NCBI GenBank assembly: GCA_963845185.1
Contig: CAWJRG010000009.1
Coordinates: 96,001 to 160,000, forward strand
Length of the DNA stretch: 64,000 nt
Reading direction: 5' to 3'
DNA from: an uncultured bacterium
Lineage (GTDB): Bacteria; Oederibacteriota; PGYV01; CAWJRG01
Shown one piece after another: positions 10,788 to 20,558 of this stretch (the stretch's first letter is position 1; each line of letters opens with the position of its first letter). The position numbers and the translations under genes were made by a program. The notes beneath the pieces are model-generated. The model did no database searches, was not told the DNA's origin, and worked only from the letters and a program-made list of their open reading frames with translations.

Positions 10788-11780
10788 ATGAAAAAAATAG
10801 TAATTGGTATTTTTGGTGTTTTAATAATAATTTTGACGGCGTGTTCAAAGAAAAACACCGCGTCAATCTTGCCTGCGTGGGAATCGTCGGTTATTTTACC
10901 GGGCACAAACTGGACACAAACGACGGCAAGTGCGAATTTCAGTGTAAGAGATGACCAGACAAGTGTAGTATACGAAAACAAAATTTGGATAATAGGCGGT
11001 GGCGGCAGTAGTTTAAAAAATGACATTTGGGATTCAAATAATGGCATAGAATGGGATCAAGTAATTGTAAATGCAGCATTTAGTGCAAGATGGGGCCATA
11101 CCAGCGTAGTTTATAATAATAAAATTTGGGTTATGGCTGGATATGATAATAATAGTTTAAAAAATGATATATGGTCTTCGGACGACGGCAAAGACTGGGT
11201 ATGTAATACAACAGCAGCGGCATTTAGTGCAAGATATAATCATACTAGTATAATTTATAATAATGAAATGTGGATAATAGCGGGGTTGGATAATAATAAT
11301 TATAAAAATGACGTATGGTATTCAAACGACGGAAAAAATTGGGGATGTACTATAACAGCAGCAGCATTTACTGCAAGACGAGGGCATACTAGCGTGGTAT
11401 ATAATAATAAAATGTGGGTAATAGCGGGGTTGGATAATAATAATAATTATAAAAATGACGTATGGTATTCAAGTGACGGCATAAATTGGACTCAGGCTAC
11501 AGGAACCGCAGCATTTAGTGCAAGGTTCTTTCATACTAATGTAGTATATGATAACAAAATATGGATAATAGGAGGATGGGACAACAGCAACAGTCTAAAA
11601 AATGATGTATGGTATTCAAATGATGGAATGAGCTGGATACGAGCAATAGCAACAGCGGATTTTAGCGCAAGGTATAATAGTACAAGTGTAATATATGACA
11701 ACAAAATATGGGTAATAGCCGGATCAAGTAAAAAAAATAATGTTTATTATTTTTTAAATGATATATGGTATTCTCTGTAA
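10788..11780 (+). CDS. Lipoprotein with six Kelch-like repeats (beta-propeller)
   Basis: AGGAG RBS, lipobox LTAC, repeats FSAR.HTSVVYNNKIWVIAG...KNDVWYSxDG. Confidence 0.85.
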   Translation: MKKIVIGIFGVLIIILTACSKKNTASILPAWESSVILPGTNWTQTTASANFSVRDDQTSVVYENKIWIIGGGGSSLKNDIWDSNNGIEWDQVIVNAAFSARWGHTSVVYNNKIWVMAGYDNNSLKNDIWSSDDGKDWVCNTTAAAFSARYNHTSIIYNNEMWIIAGLDNNNYKNDVWYSNDGKNWGCTITAAAFTARRGHTSVVYNNKMWVIAGLDNNNNYKNDVWYSSDGINWTQATGTAAFSARFFHTNVVYDNKIWIIGGWDNSNSLKNDVWYSNDGMSWIRAIATADFSARYNSTSVIYDNKIWVIAGSSKKNNVYYFLNDIWYSL

Positions 11781-11850
11781 TGCGCTTAAAATTATGGGTT
11801 TTATTGCATAATGAAAGTGACTTTTATAGATTGTGCGAAAAGGAGCAAAA

Positions 11851-13485
11851 ATGACAAAAATTGCAAGAATTTTTGTATTCTTTATTTTTATTATTATATT
11901 TCCTATATCAATATTTTCAAAATTTTATGTAGAGCTTGAGCCGAGTTTTAGTTTTCTTAATATGACTGATTATAATTCCTGTATTGACAGCGCAAATAAA
12001 GCAAATGACTCGCAAGGATATGTTTCAAAACTTGAAAAAATAAATTTTTCGTTCCTGCCTGATATTAATGTAGGTTTTTTAAGCGAAACAGACATGGGGT
12101 TATGGGGCTTTTACCTTAAAAACAACGCAATAATAAATTATGGAAGCGCAGGGAATGTTTTATCCTCCAGTAACACAAAAATCCGTACCTCGGATAGAAA
12201 TTTTACTGTATTTTATTCAGGGCTCGGCGCACGAAAATATTATTTTCCGGAGGAAGAAACTAAAATTAATGCTTATATAGGACTGGATGCAGGGGTTTAT
12301 TATTCGAAGAGCAATAGCATAAACGAAAATTCGTATTATTACGACGGCAGTCCTGCGTATTATGAAACAGAAGTATGGTCTTCTTTTTTTGCCGGAGGCG
12401 ACGCGGAAGCAGGCCTTGACTGGTGGTTTAATGACATATTAGGTTTGAATTTAAAAACAGGATACAGGCTTGGCATGGGTACTGTGCTTGTAAATACACA
12501 CAGCAATTTACAGGAATACGACGGGCTGCAACTTAAAAATAAAATTGATTACTCGGGTTTTTATATTGCAATAGGTACTATGTTTGCTTTCGGTATTCCG
12601 GGGCCGGATACAAGGAATACTGAATATGAAGTTAACGAAGATAAGCCATTTTCGGAATTAACTGCGGAATTTTATAATAAGGGTGTAAAATTATTTGATG
12701 AAGGGAACTATGAAGAAGCGGAGAAGCAATTTGAAAGCGCGGTAAAGCTTGACCCGGACAGCAAGCAGATAAACAGATACCTTACCGTGATAAGCAACCT
12801 GAAAGCAGAATCAAGCAAGCAAAACTCAATCGAAAAAAGGCTTGATGTTGCAGACAAATTAAGGGATGCCGGAAACCTGAGAGAGGCGCTGGTAAAATAT
12901 AAGGAATTGCTCGCTATTGACCCTGCAAACGAGCATGCGCTTTTTTATATCAAGGATTTTGCGGACAAATCCGTAAAATTCAGATCAAAGGCAGAAGAGG
13001 AATACGGCAAGAGTGACTTTAAGGCCGCTATACAGGATATTAATAAGGCGGCTGATTACGCGCCTGAGGATAAAGAGATAAGTGAAATAAAAGACAGGAT
13101 ATTAGAAAGTTTTTCTGGTAAAAAGGAAGCTGACAGGCTGTTTAACCAAGCGGTGGAGAATTTTCAAAAAGGGGAGTATGAGAAAGCAGTCGAACTGTGG
13201 GGCAAGGTTATAACAATGACGCCTGGAGACGAAGAAGCAAAAAAAGACTTGAAGATGGCGGAAAAAAAGCTCCTAGAAAAGGATAAAATAACAGGGGAGA
13301 GCGTGGAGAAAGCATTAAGCGAGGCAAAAGATATGCTCGACAAAGGCATATTGGATAAGGCAAAAAATAAATGCGAATATATATTACGCATGGATGCCGG
13401 CAATACCGAAGCAGCACAAATGCTCGAAAAAATAAATGAAATGGAAAATGTGAACAGTAGCGGAGATACCTTACAGAAAAGGTAA
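11851..13485 (+). CDS. Outer-membrane beta-barrel-like N-terminal domain plus TPR protein
   Basis: Signal peptide, alternating aromatic beta-strands (LGARKYYF, AGLDWWF, LKTGYR), then TPRs; AGGAG RBS. Confidence 0.7.
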   Translation: MTKIARIFVFFIFIIIFPISIFSKFYVELEPSFSFLNMTDYNSCIDSANKANDSQGYVSKLEKINFSFLPDINVGFLSETDMGLWGFYLKNNAIINYGSAGNVLSSSNTKIRTSDRNFTVFYSGLGARKYYFPEEETKINAYIGLDAGVYYSKSNSINENSYYYDGSPAYYETEVWSSFFAGGDAEAGLDWWFNDILGLNLKTGYRLGMGTVLVNTHSNLQEYDGLQLKNKIDYSGFYIAIGTMFAFGIPGPDTRNTEYEVNEDKPFSELTAEFYNKGVKLFDEGNYEEAEKQFESAVKLDPDSKQINRYLTVISNLKAESSKQNSIEKRLDVADKLRDAGNLREALVKYKELLAIDPANEHALFYIKDFADKSVKFRSKAEEEYGKSDFKAAIQDINKAADYAPEDKEISEIKDRILESFSGKKEADRLFNQAVENFQKGEYEKAVELWGKVITMTPGDEEAKKDLKMAEKKLLEKDKITGESVEKALSEAKDMLDKGILDKAKNKCEYILRMDAGNTEAAQMLEKINEMENVNSSGDTLQKR

Positions 13486-13609
13486 AAAATAAACTTAATA
13501 TCCTTTTATTTTAAATTTTTTTTAATCTTTCTGCACCTAATTTGTCTTTGTTAAATACTAACATCGAAAACTTAGATTGCCAATGCCAATTTAGTGGTTT
13601 AATTGTCTA

Positions 13610-13638
13610 TTGACTTTTTAATTTATAGATAATATAAT
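13610..13638 (+). promoter_or_regulatory. sigma70-type promoter of the hom operon
   Basis: TTGACT-17 bp-TATAAT. Confidence 0.65.
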
Positions 13639-13787
13639 CACAAACACCTAATAAAATTAAGGCAAATATGCGAATCAGCATAGCCAATAACTGAATTATT
13701 AAAGAAAAATATTTAAAAAGTCGCTTCCTGAACTATGGTTTTGTTTTACGGGAATTGCTATGATTTTTTATAAAAATTGAGGCAGAA

Positions 13788-15091
13788 ATGGGAAAAAAAG
13801 TTGTTAATGTAGGCTTAATCGGCTTCGGGACCGTAGGCACGGGAGTTGTTAAGCTCTTTAAAGACAACAGCGATATTATAAACAGAAAAGCCGGCATATC
13901 GGTGCGGCTGAAGTCTATCTGCGACATTAAGTTTAAAAAAGGGAAAAGCATTGGGCTCTTGAAATGCAGGCTGACGCGGGATGCCAGGATATTTTAAACG
14001 ACCCGGACATTGACATAGTCGTGGAGCTGATAGGCGGGTACAGGCCCGCGCTTGACTTTATACTGTCAGCCATGAAAAATAAAAAGCACGTGGTGAGCGC
14101 CAACAAGGCCTTGATAGCGAAATACTGGGAACAGATATGGACACAGGCCAAGAGGAACCGCGTTGAATTCATGGCAGAGGCAAGCGTCGGCGGAGGCATA
14201 CCGGTTATCATAGGCCTGAAGCACGGCCTGTCGGCAAACAGGATACTGAAAATAATGGCCATAGTAAACGGCACAACGAATTACATACTTACAAAAATGA
14301 CGCTTGAAAAAATGGATTTTGCCGCTGCCCTGAAAGAGGCGCAGGACAAGGGCTTTGCCGAAAAGATTGACCCTTCGCTTGACATAGACGGGTTGGACGC
14401 CATGCACAAGATAGTCATCCTCTCGTCAATGGCCTTTGGCAGGAGGGTGAAAGAAAGCGAGGTTTATGTAGAGGGCATAAGCAGGGTGGACAGCATGGAT
14501 ATAGAATACGCGCACGAAGAGTTCGGCTATTTCATGAAACTGCTCGCCATCGCGGAAAAAAGCAGGGACGGGCTTAACATAAGGGTGCACCCAACGCTGA
14601 TACCAAAGGACCATGCTCTTGCCGGCGTGAATTACGAGTTTAACGCCATAGAAATAACAGGAGACGCTTCGGGGAACATAGTTTTTTACGGCAGGGGCGC
14701 GGGCGAAATGCCTACGGCGTCGGCGGTGCTTTCGGATATCGTGGATATAGCAAAAGATATAGCGTCCGGCAATCCCGGGCAGATACATGAGCAGCCGGTT
14801 GGCGACAAAAAAATAAAAATAAAAAAGATAGGCGACATAAAATGCAAATATTACCTGAGATTTACTGTTGTGGACAAGGCTGGAGTGCTTGGAAAAATAG
14901 CCGATGTCCTGGGCAGGCATAATATAAGCATAAAATCAGTTATCCAGAAAGCAAGGGCAATACACAAGGAAGTGCCTGTTGTAATAATGACTTACGAGGC
15001 AAGGGAAGCGGATTTAAAGCATGCCCTTGATAAAATAGACGCTATGGATGTGGTGAAATGCAAGACAGTCTATTATAGAGTTGTTGAGTGA
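13788..15091 (+). CDS. hom: Homoserine dehydrogenase with ACT domain (split by a 1-bp deletion at ~13987, probably an error)
   Basis: GLIGFGTVG NAD-binding motif (13788 frame); VVSANKAL, EASVGGGIP, NGTTNYIL, GAGEMPTASAV (13964 frame). Confidence 0.93.
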
Positions 15092-15208
15092 TTAGGGAAT
15101 TGTAGAGAAGGTCGTCTCTGGGTTTCTTGGTTAATTTAAAACTTAGAGACAAAAAGACCAAGAAACTAAGAGATTTCACAATTAACTCCGAACACTGAAT
15201 GGAGAAAC

Positions 15209-16276
15209 ATGGAAACGTATAAAGGCGTAATAGAGCGATACAGGAAATACCTGCCTGTGACAAAAAATACGCCAATAGTGACGCTTCTTGAAGGCAATAC
15301 TCCCCTGATCAGAGTGGACAAAATAGCAAGGATGGCCGGTGAAAATGTCGAGCTTTACGTTAAGTACGAAGGGCTGAACCCGACCGGTTCTTTTAAAGAC
15401 AGGGGCATGACCCTTGCGCTTTCAAAAGCCAAAGAAAAGGGCGTAAGGGCCACGATATGCGCGTCCACGGGAAACACTTCGGCCTCTGCCGCAGCTTATT
15501 CTGCCAGGGCGGGAATAAAAAGTTATGTTATAATACCAAATGGATATATAGCCCTTGGAAAGTTGTCACAGGCATTGATACACGGCGCCATGGTCATAGC
15601 AATTGAAGGCAATTTCGATGCCGCGCTGGGCATAGTGAAAGACATATGCGACAAATACCCAATAGAGCTTGTGAATTCATTAAACCCTTTCAGGATAGAG
15701 GGACAGAAGAGCGGCGCTTTTGAAATAGTTGACGTGCTGGGCGACGCGCCGGATTTTCACGCCATTCCTGTCGGGAACGCGGGCAATATAACGGCTTACT
15801 GGAAGGGATACAGGGAATATAAATCAGCCGGCAAAGCCAAAAAGCTGCCGAAGATGATAGGATTCCAGGCAGCAGGTGCGGCACCCATAGTGCGCGGCTA
15901 TCCCATAGAGAAACCTGAGACTATTGCAACGGCAATCAGGATAGGTAACCCGGCAAGCTGGAAACAGGCAGAAGCAGCCAGGGACGAGTCCGGCGGCCTG
16001 ATAGACATGGTTACCGATGACGAAATAATAAACGCGTACAAAATGCTCTCGCAAAAGGAAGGGATTTTTGTTGAGCCGGCTTCGGCAGCTTCGGTTGCCG
16101 GGGTCTTGAAATATGCCCGGCGCGGCTATTTCCCCAAAAAGAAAAAACTGCGCATCGTGTGCGTCTTGACCGGGCACGGGTTAAAAGACCCGGACAGGGC
16201 TTTAAAGAGCGTGAATTTTAAGCCGAGGGTTGTCAAACCCGACGTAAAAGCAATAATGAAATTAATTAAAAACTAA
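15209..16276 (+). CDS. thrC: Threonine synthase
   Basis: EGLNPTGSFKDRG PLP lysine motif, CASTGNTSASAAAY, PVGNAGN. Confidence 0.96.
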   Translation: METYKGVIERYRKYLPVTKNTPIVTLLEGNTPLIRVDKIARMAGENVELYVKYEGLNPTGSFKDRGMTLALSKAKEKGVRATICASTGNTSASAAAYSARAGIKSYVIIPNGYIALGKLSQALIHGAMVIAIEGNFDAALGIVKDICDKYPIELVNSLNPFRIEGQKSGAFEIVDVLGDAPDFHAIPVGNAGNITAYWKGYREYKSAGKAKKLPKMIGFQAAGAAPIVRGYPIEKPETIATAIRIGNPASWKQAEAARDESGGLIDMVTDDEIINAYKMLSQKEGIFVEPASAASVAGVLKYARRGYFPKKKKLRIVCVLTGHGLKDPDRALKSVNFKPRVVKPDVKAIMKLIKN

Positions 16277-16542
16277 TACCGCTTGTCCTCGACGTAAACG
16301 TCCCGGACTGGAGCGGGTACAAGATAGCGTAATGTTTTGTCGGGTAGTTTTTATATTAGATGACTTATGGAAGCTACCCGCCAAATAGTCCACTGGACTA
16401 TTTGGCTGCCTGTACGGCTTGACAAAACAAACGCTATCATAGCACCGCTTGTCCTCGACGTAAACGTCCCGGACTGGAGCGGGTACAAGTTTCCGTAAGA
16501 TTTTGCCTTAGCTGTTGACGCTCGGCAAAATCAACGGACTCT
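16276..16542 (+). repeat. Structured intergenic repeat family, copies 1 and 2 (identical 46-bp heads at 16278-16323 and 16444-16489)
   Basis: ACCGCTTGTCCTCGACGTAAACGTCCCGGACTGGAGCGGGTACAAG twice, each followed by a long hairpin. Confidence 0.9.
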
Positions 16543-16556
16543 AAGGAGGAGACGAA

Positions 16557-17744
16557 ATGAAGAATATGGTTTTGACGGTATTACTTCTGGTATTTTCTTT
16601 CAGTGCATACGCCAAGAACGCTTTTGATTATTACAACGACGGCGTTGACAAGTATGACGCCAAGGATTATCAGGGCGCGCTTGCCTGTTTCGTAAAGGCG
16701 ATTAAAAAAAAGCCTGAATTCGCAAAGCCTTACAACAAGGCAGGGCTTTCTTACGCGGCAATGAACAATTTCGACCAGGCAATACTTATGTACAAGGAGG
16801 CGGTAATTGCCGACCCGAATTGCGCGGAAGCTTATTACAACATGGCAGTAGGTTACGAACTCGAACAAAAGCCGGCTCTCGCCGTGAAAAACTACACAAA
16901 GGCCATGGACCTGAACAATGACACGCATATATTTGTCAGGGCCTCGCTTAACCTTGCGATGCTGGACAGGGAAGAGGCAGAAAAGACAAAAAACCGCAGC
17001 AAAGACGACGATGCAATAACACTGTTAAGGAACGCGAGTATATATGAGCCGGATTTTGCCGAGCTTTACAATGAGGCAGGGCTGGTTTACCTGGATACGG
17101 AATTTTACGACAAGGCAGTAGAGCAGTTCCAGAAGGCCCTTGAAAAAGACCAGCATTATTCCGAGGCGTCCGTTAACCTGGCGGTTGCATACGAAAAGAA
17201 GGGAAACATTGCAAGGGCATTGAATCAATCGGAAGCCGCACTCAAGCTTGATCAGAATTTTCCGGGAGCGCAGTACAATTACGGCAACATGTGCATTTTG
17301 GACGGGTATTACGACAAGGCAATTGCGCACCTCACGAGGGCAACGGAGCTGAACCCGAAATTTGCAGAGGCGTATTACAGCCTCGGCAAGGCGTACATGC
17401 ATAAAAACATGTTCAAGGAAGCAGAGGATTCCTATAAAAAAGCCTTAAAAATAAACAAGACATTTACGCTTGCCAAACGCGCGCTCGGCACAATGGCAAA
17501 ACTTAAAAAGGATTTAAAAAGCCATATCAAGGCAAAACCCACGCCGGTTCAAGGGCAGGAAGGCGAAACAACAGCCAAGGAAGGCGAGGATAAAACAAGC
17601 GAAAACGGCGAAGCCGCGAAGACTGACGAAGGTTCCAAAAATGATTCTGGAGAAACCAGTGCAAAGGAAGGCGACCAGAGCCAGACGCAGCCCGATAACG
17701 GCGAAGAAGGGCAGGCAAAGCCCAAGGAAGAAGGCTGGGAATAG
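16557..17744 (+). CDS. Secreted TPR protein with acidic C-terminal tail
   Basis: AAGGAGGA RBS, signal peptide, multiple TPRs (AEAYYNMA, AEAYYSLG). Confidence 0.85.
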   Translation: MKNMVLTVLLLVFSFSAYAKNAFDYYNDGVDKYDAKDYQGALACFVKAIKKKPEFAKPYNKAGLSYAAMNNFDQAILMYKEAVIADPNCAEAYYNMAVGYELEQKPALAVKNYTKAMDLNNDTHIFVRASLNLAMLDREEAEKTKNRSKDDDAITLLRNASIYEPDFAELYNEAGLVYLDTEFYDKAVEQFQKALEKDQHYSEASVNLAVAYEKKGNIARALNQSEAALKLDQNFPGAQYNYGNMCILDGYYDKAIAHLTRATELNPKFAEAYYSLGKAYMHKNMFKEAEDSYKKALKINKTFTLAKRALGTMAKLKKDLKSHIKAKPTPVQGQEGETTAKEGEDKTSENGEAAKTDEGSKNDSGETSAKEGDQSQTQPDNGEEGQAKPKEEGWE

Positions 17745-17862
17745 GCTGCATATTAAATTTTAGGCTGAGATTTTTGAATTAAGAACAAAGATTGAACTCA
17801 AAATATGGTACTGATATAAAATCAATATCAAAATCACCAATAAAACATTTAATGGAGAAAAA

Positions 17863-19054
17863 ATGAAATATATTATACTGCTTGCCGACGGCATGGCTGA
17901 CAGGCCTGTGGAAGAACTTGGCAATAAGACCCCGCTTGAGGCGGCAAACACGCCTGCAATGGATGAGCTTGCCAAAAAAAGCACGGCAGGCATGGTAAAA
18001 ACCCAGGTAGAGGGCTATCCTTTCGGCTCGGACATAGGAAACATGACCATACTGGGCATGGACCCGCACGTGTATTATACAGGCAGGGCGCCGCTTGAGA
18101 CCGCTAATATGGGCATCAATCTTGAAGGCAACCAGGTCGCATTCAGGTGCAATCTTGTAACAGTAAAAAATAATATAATGGTGGATTACAGCTCGGGGCA
18201 CATAACAACCGAGGAAGCGAAGGTGTTAATAAAACTCCTTGATAAAAAGCTTGGAGGCAAGGATTACAGTTTTTATCCGGGCAAAAGTTACAGGCATATC
18301 ATGGTTATGAAGGGCGGCGATGAGGTCAAGACAACGCCTCCGCATGATATTTCGGGCCAGGATATAACAGCATACATGCCCAAAGGCAATAAAAGCAAGC
18401 AGCTGATACAGCTCATGCAGGATTCTGTTTTTCTGCTTGACGGGCACGAGGTAAATATCAAAAGAAGGGCAGACGGCAAGAACCCGGCAAACATGATATG
18501 GCTCTGGGGTCAGGGCAAAAAAATGGATTTGCCGAAATTAAAGGATAAATTCGGGATTACAGGAGCGGTCATATCTGCAGTTGACCTTGTGAAAGGCATC
18601 GGGATAATAATGGGCATGGACCCCATAGATGTGCCGGGCGCGACAGGGTATATAGATACAAATTATGAAGGAAAAGCCGCGTACGCCCTGCGCGCGCTTA
18701 AAAAAAATGATTTTGTGTTTTTACATGTTGAAGCGACGGACGAAATGGGGCACAATGGAGAATATCAACGGCAAAGTGCAGGCCGTAGAAAAGTTTGACT
18801 CGCTTATAGTAAGGCCGGTAATGGAAGGCATGAAAAAATTCGGCGAGTATAAGATAATGGTGACGTCGGACCACGCTACGCCGGTGAAGGTAAAAACGCA
18901 TACGGATGAGCCTGTTCCTTTCATGATTTTTAATTCTACAAGGAATACCGAAAACGGCCTGACGGGATTTACAGAAAAAGAAGTTACGGAAAAAAAGAGC
19001 ATCTATTTTGATAAAGGATGGGAATTATTCCCGTATTTTATCAGCGAGGCATGA
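17863..19054 (+). CDS. apgM: Cofactor-independent phosphoglycerate mutase family protein (ApgM / proposed homoserine kinase); 1-bp insertion at ~18761
   Basis: DGMADRP, KTPLEAANTP, GSD, HVEATDEMGH, then TSDHATP...HTDEPVP in the shifted frame. Confidence 0.88.
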
Positions 19055-19079
19055 TTATAATTCCGGAGGTTTATAAGCA

Positions 19080-20318
19080 ATGGCTTTGATAGTCCAAAAA
19101 TACGGAGGCGCTGCGCTTGCCACTCCTGAAAAAATACTCCGTGTAGCAGACAGGATAATAAAAACAAAAAGAAAAGGCAACAGCATGGTGGTTGTGGTGT
19201 CGGCGCCGGGCGATACGACGGACGATTTAATCAGGTTTGCAGGCGAGGTCGCGAAATCGCCGGACGCGCGCGAGCTTGACATGCTGATGGCCACCGGAGA
19301 GCAGAAGTCAATAGCGCTTATAAGCATGGCCCTGATAGATAAGGGCGTGAAAGCAAGGTCTTTCACCGGAGGGCAGGTCGGCATAGTAACGGACAGCAGG
19401 CATACAAAAGCAAGCATTTTAGGCATAAAAGGCATAGGTAAAATTAAACAGGCGTTAAGGCAGGGTTACGTGGCTGTTGTTGCAGGGTTCCAGGGCATAA
19501 CCAAAAAAGAGGATATAACCACGCTTGGCCGCGGCGGGTCCGACCTTTCGGCAGTAGCCCTTGCCAAAGCCACAAGCGCAGATGTGTGCGAGTTTTTAAA
19601 GGATGTAGAAGGCGTTTTTACAGCCAATCCGAAAGTTGTTCCTGATGCAAAAAAGATAAGCGAGCTTTCATATGACGAAATGCTTGAGCTGGCGAGCAGC
19701 GGAGCGGAAGTTTTAAACAACCGCTCTGTTGAAGTCGCGAAAAATTACGGCATTGTTTTACATGTAAGAGGCGCGTTTACAGACAAACCGGGAACAATAA
19801 TACGCAAGGAGGATAAAAAAATGGAAAAGATAGTGGTAAGCGGCATAACCTACAATAAAAACGAAGCAAAGATAACAATATTAAACGTTCCGGACAGGCC
19901 GGGCATAGCTGCCTTGATATTCAACAAGATAGCGGACAAGGATATAAATGTCGACATGATAATCCAGAATATAAGCCAGAAAGGCTCAACCGATGTCTCA
20001 TTTACGATTACAGCCGGAGATTTGAAAAAAAGCAGGAGAGTCCTTGAGGATATAGTGAAAAAGATAAAAGCAAAAGGTTTCATTGTGGACGACGGGATAG
20101 GCAAGGTCTCGATAGTAGGCGCCGGGATGAGGCAGCATACGGGCGTGGCGGCAAAAATGTTTAAGGCTCTTGCGGATGAGAAGATAAATATAGAAATGAT
20201 ATCGACGTCGGAAATTAAAATATCCGTTGTGGTAAAGCAAAAAGATATTGAAAAAGCAGTCAGGGTTATTCACAAAGCCTTTAACCTCGGAAAGAAAAAA
20301 ATATCAAAGGAAAAGTGA
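19080..20318 (+). CDS. lysC: Aspartate kinase (alpha subunit; probable internal beta start at 19821)
   Basis: VQKYGG, VVVSAPGDTTD, TTLGRGGSD, two ACT domains. Confidence 0.95.
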   Translation: MALIVQKYGGAALATPEKILRVADRIIKTKRKGNSMVVVVSAPGDTTDDLIRFAGEVAKSPDARELDMLMATGEQKSIALISMALIDKGVKARSFTGGQVGIVTDSRHTKASILGIKGIGKIKQALRQGYVAVVAGFQGITKKEDITTLGRGGSDLSAVALAKATSADVCEFLKDVEGVFTANPKVVPDAKKISELSYDEMLELASSGAEVLNNRSVEVAKNYGIVLHVRGAFTDKPGTIIRKEDKKMEKIVVSGITYNKNEAKITILNVPDRPGIAALIFNKIADKDINVDMIIQNISQKGSTDVSFTITAGDLKKSRRVLEDIVKKIKAKGFIVDDGIGKVSIVGAGMRQHTGVAAKMFKALADEKINIEMISTSEIKISVVVKQKDIEKAVRVIHKAFNLGKKKISKEK

Positions 20319-20330
20319 GGTGGAATAAAA

Positions 20331-20558
20331 ATGGCAGAAAACAACAACGTCCCGAGCCAGAACCAGACGCAGCCGCAACCGGCAGCCCAGCCCCAGCAGC
20401 AGGCAGCAAACAATGCCGCAGGTGCCGCGGAACAAACCAGGCCAAAAGAAACAAAAAAAGTTGAGGAGTTCTCGCTTATGTGGCATTTGCGGGTACTCGG
20501 AGTAATATACCTGGTACTTATTGTATTTTACGTCATTTTAAAGGTAACTTTAAAATGA
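20331..20558 (+). CDS. Small hypothetical membrane protein with Gln-rich N-terminus
   Basis: GAGGTG RBS, C-terminal TM helix, tightly packed between lysC and cimA. Confidence 0.65.
   Translation: MAENNNVPSQNQTQPQPAAQPQQQAANNAAGAAEQTRPKETKKVEEFSLMWHLRVLGVIYLVLIVFYVILKVTLK

Noticed and set aside
13668..13694. Tiny ORF MRISIANN upstream of hom as a thr attenuator leader peptide
   Set aside because: It has no Thr codons and no convincing terminator/antiterminator hairpins.
16278..16489. Two identical 46-bp repeats as a mini CRISPR array
   Set aside because: The 120-bp spacer is itself a conserved hairpin module, other copies diverge with covariation, and there are no cas genes in the window.
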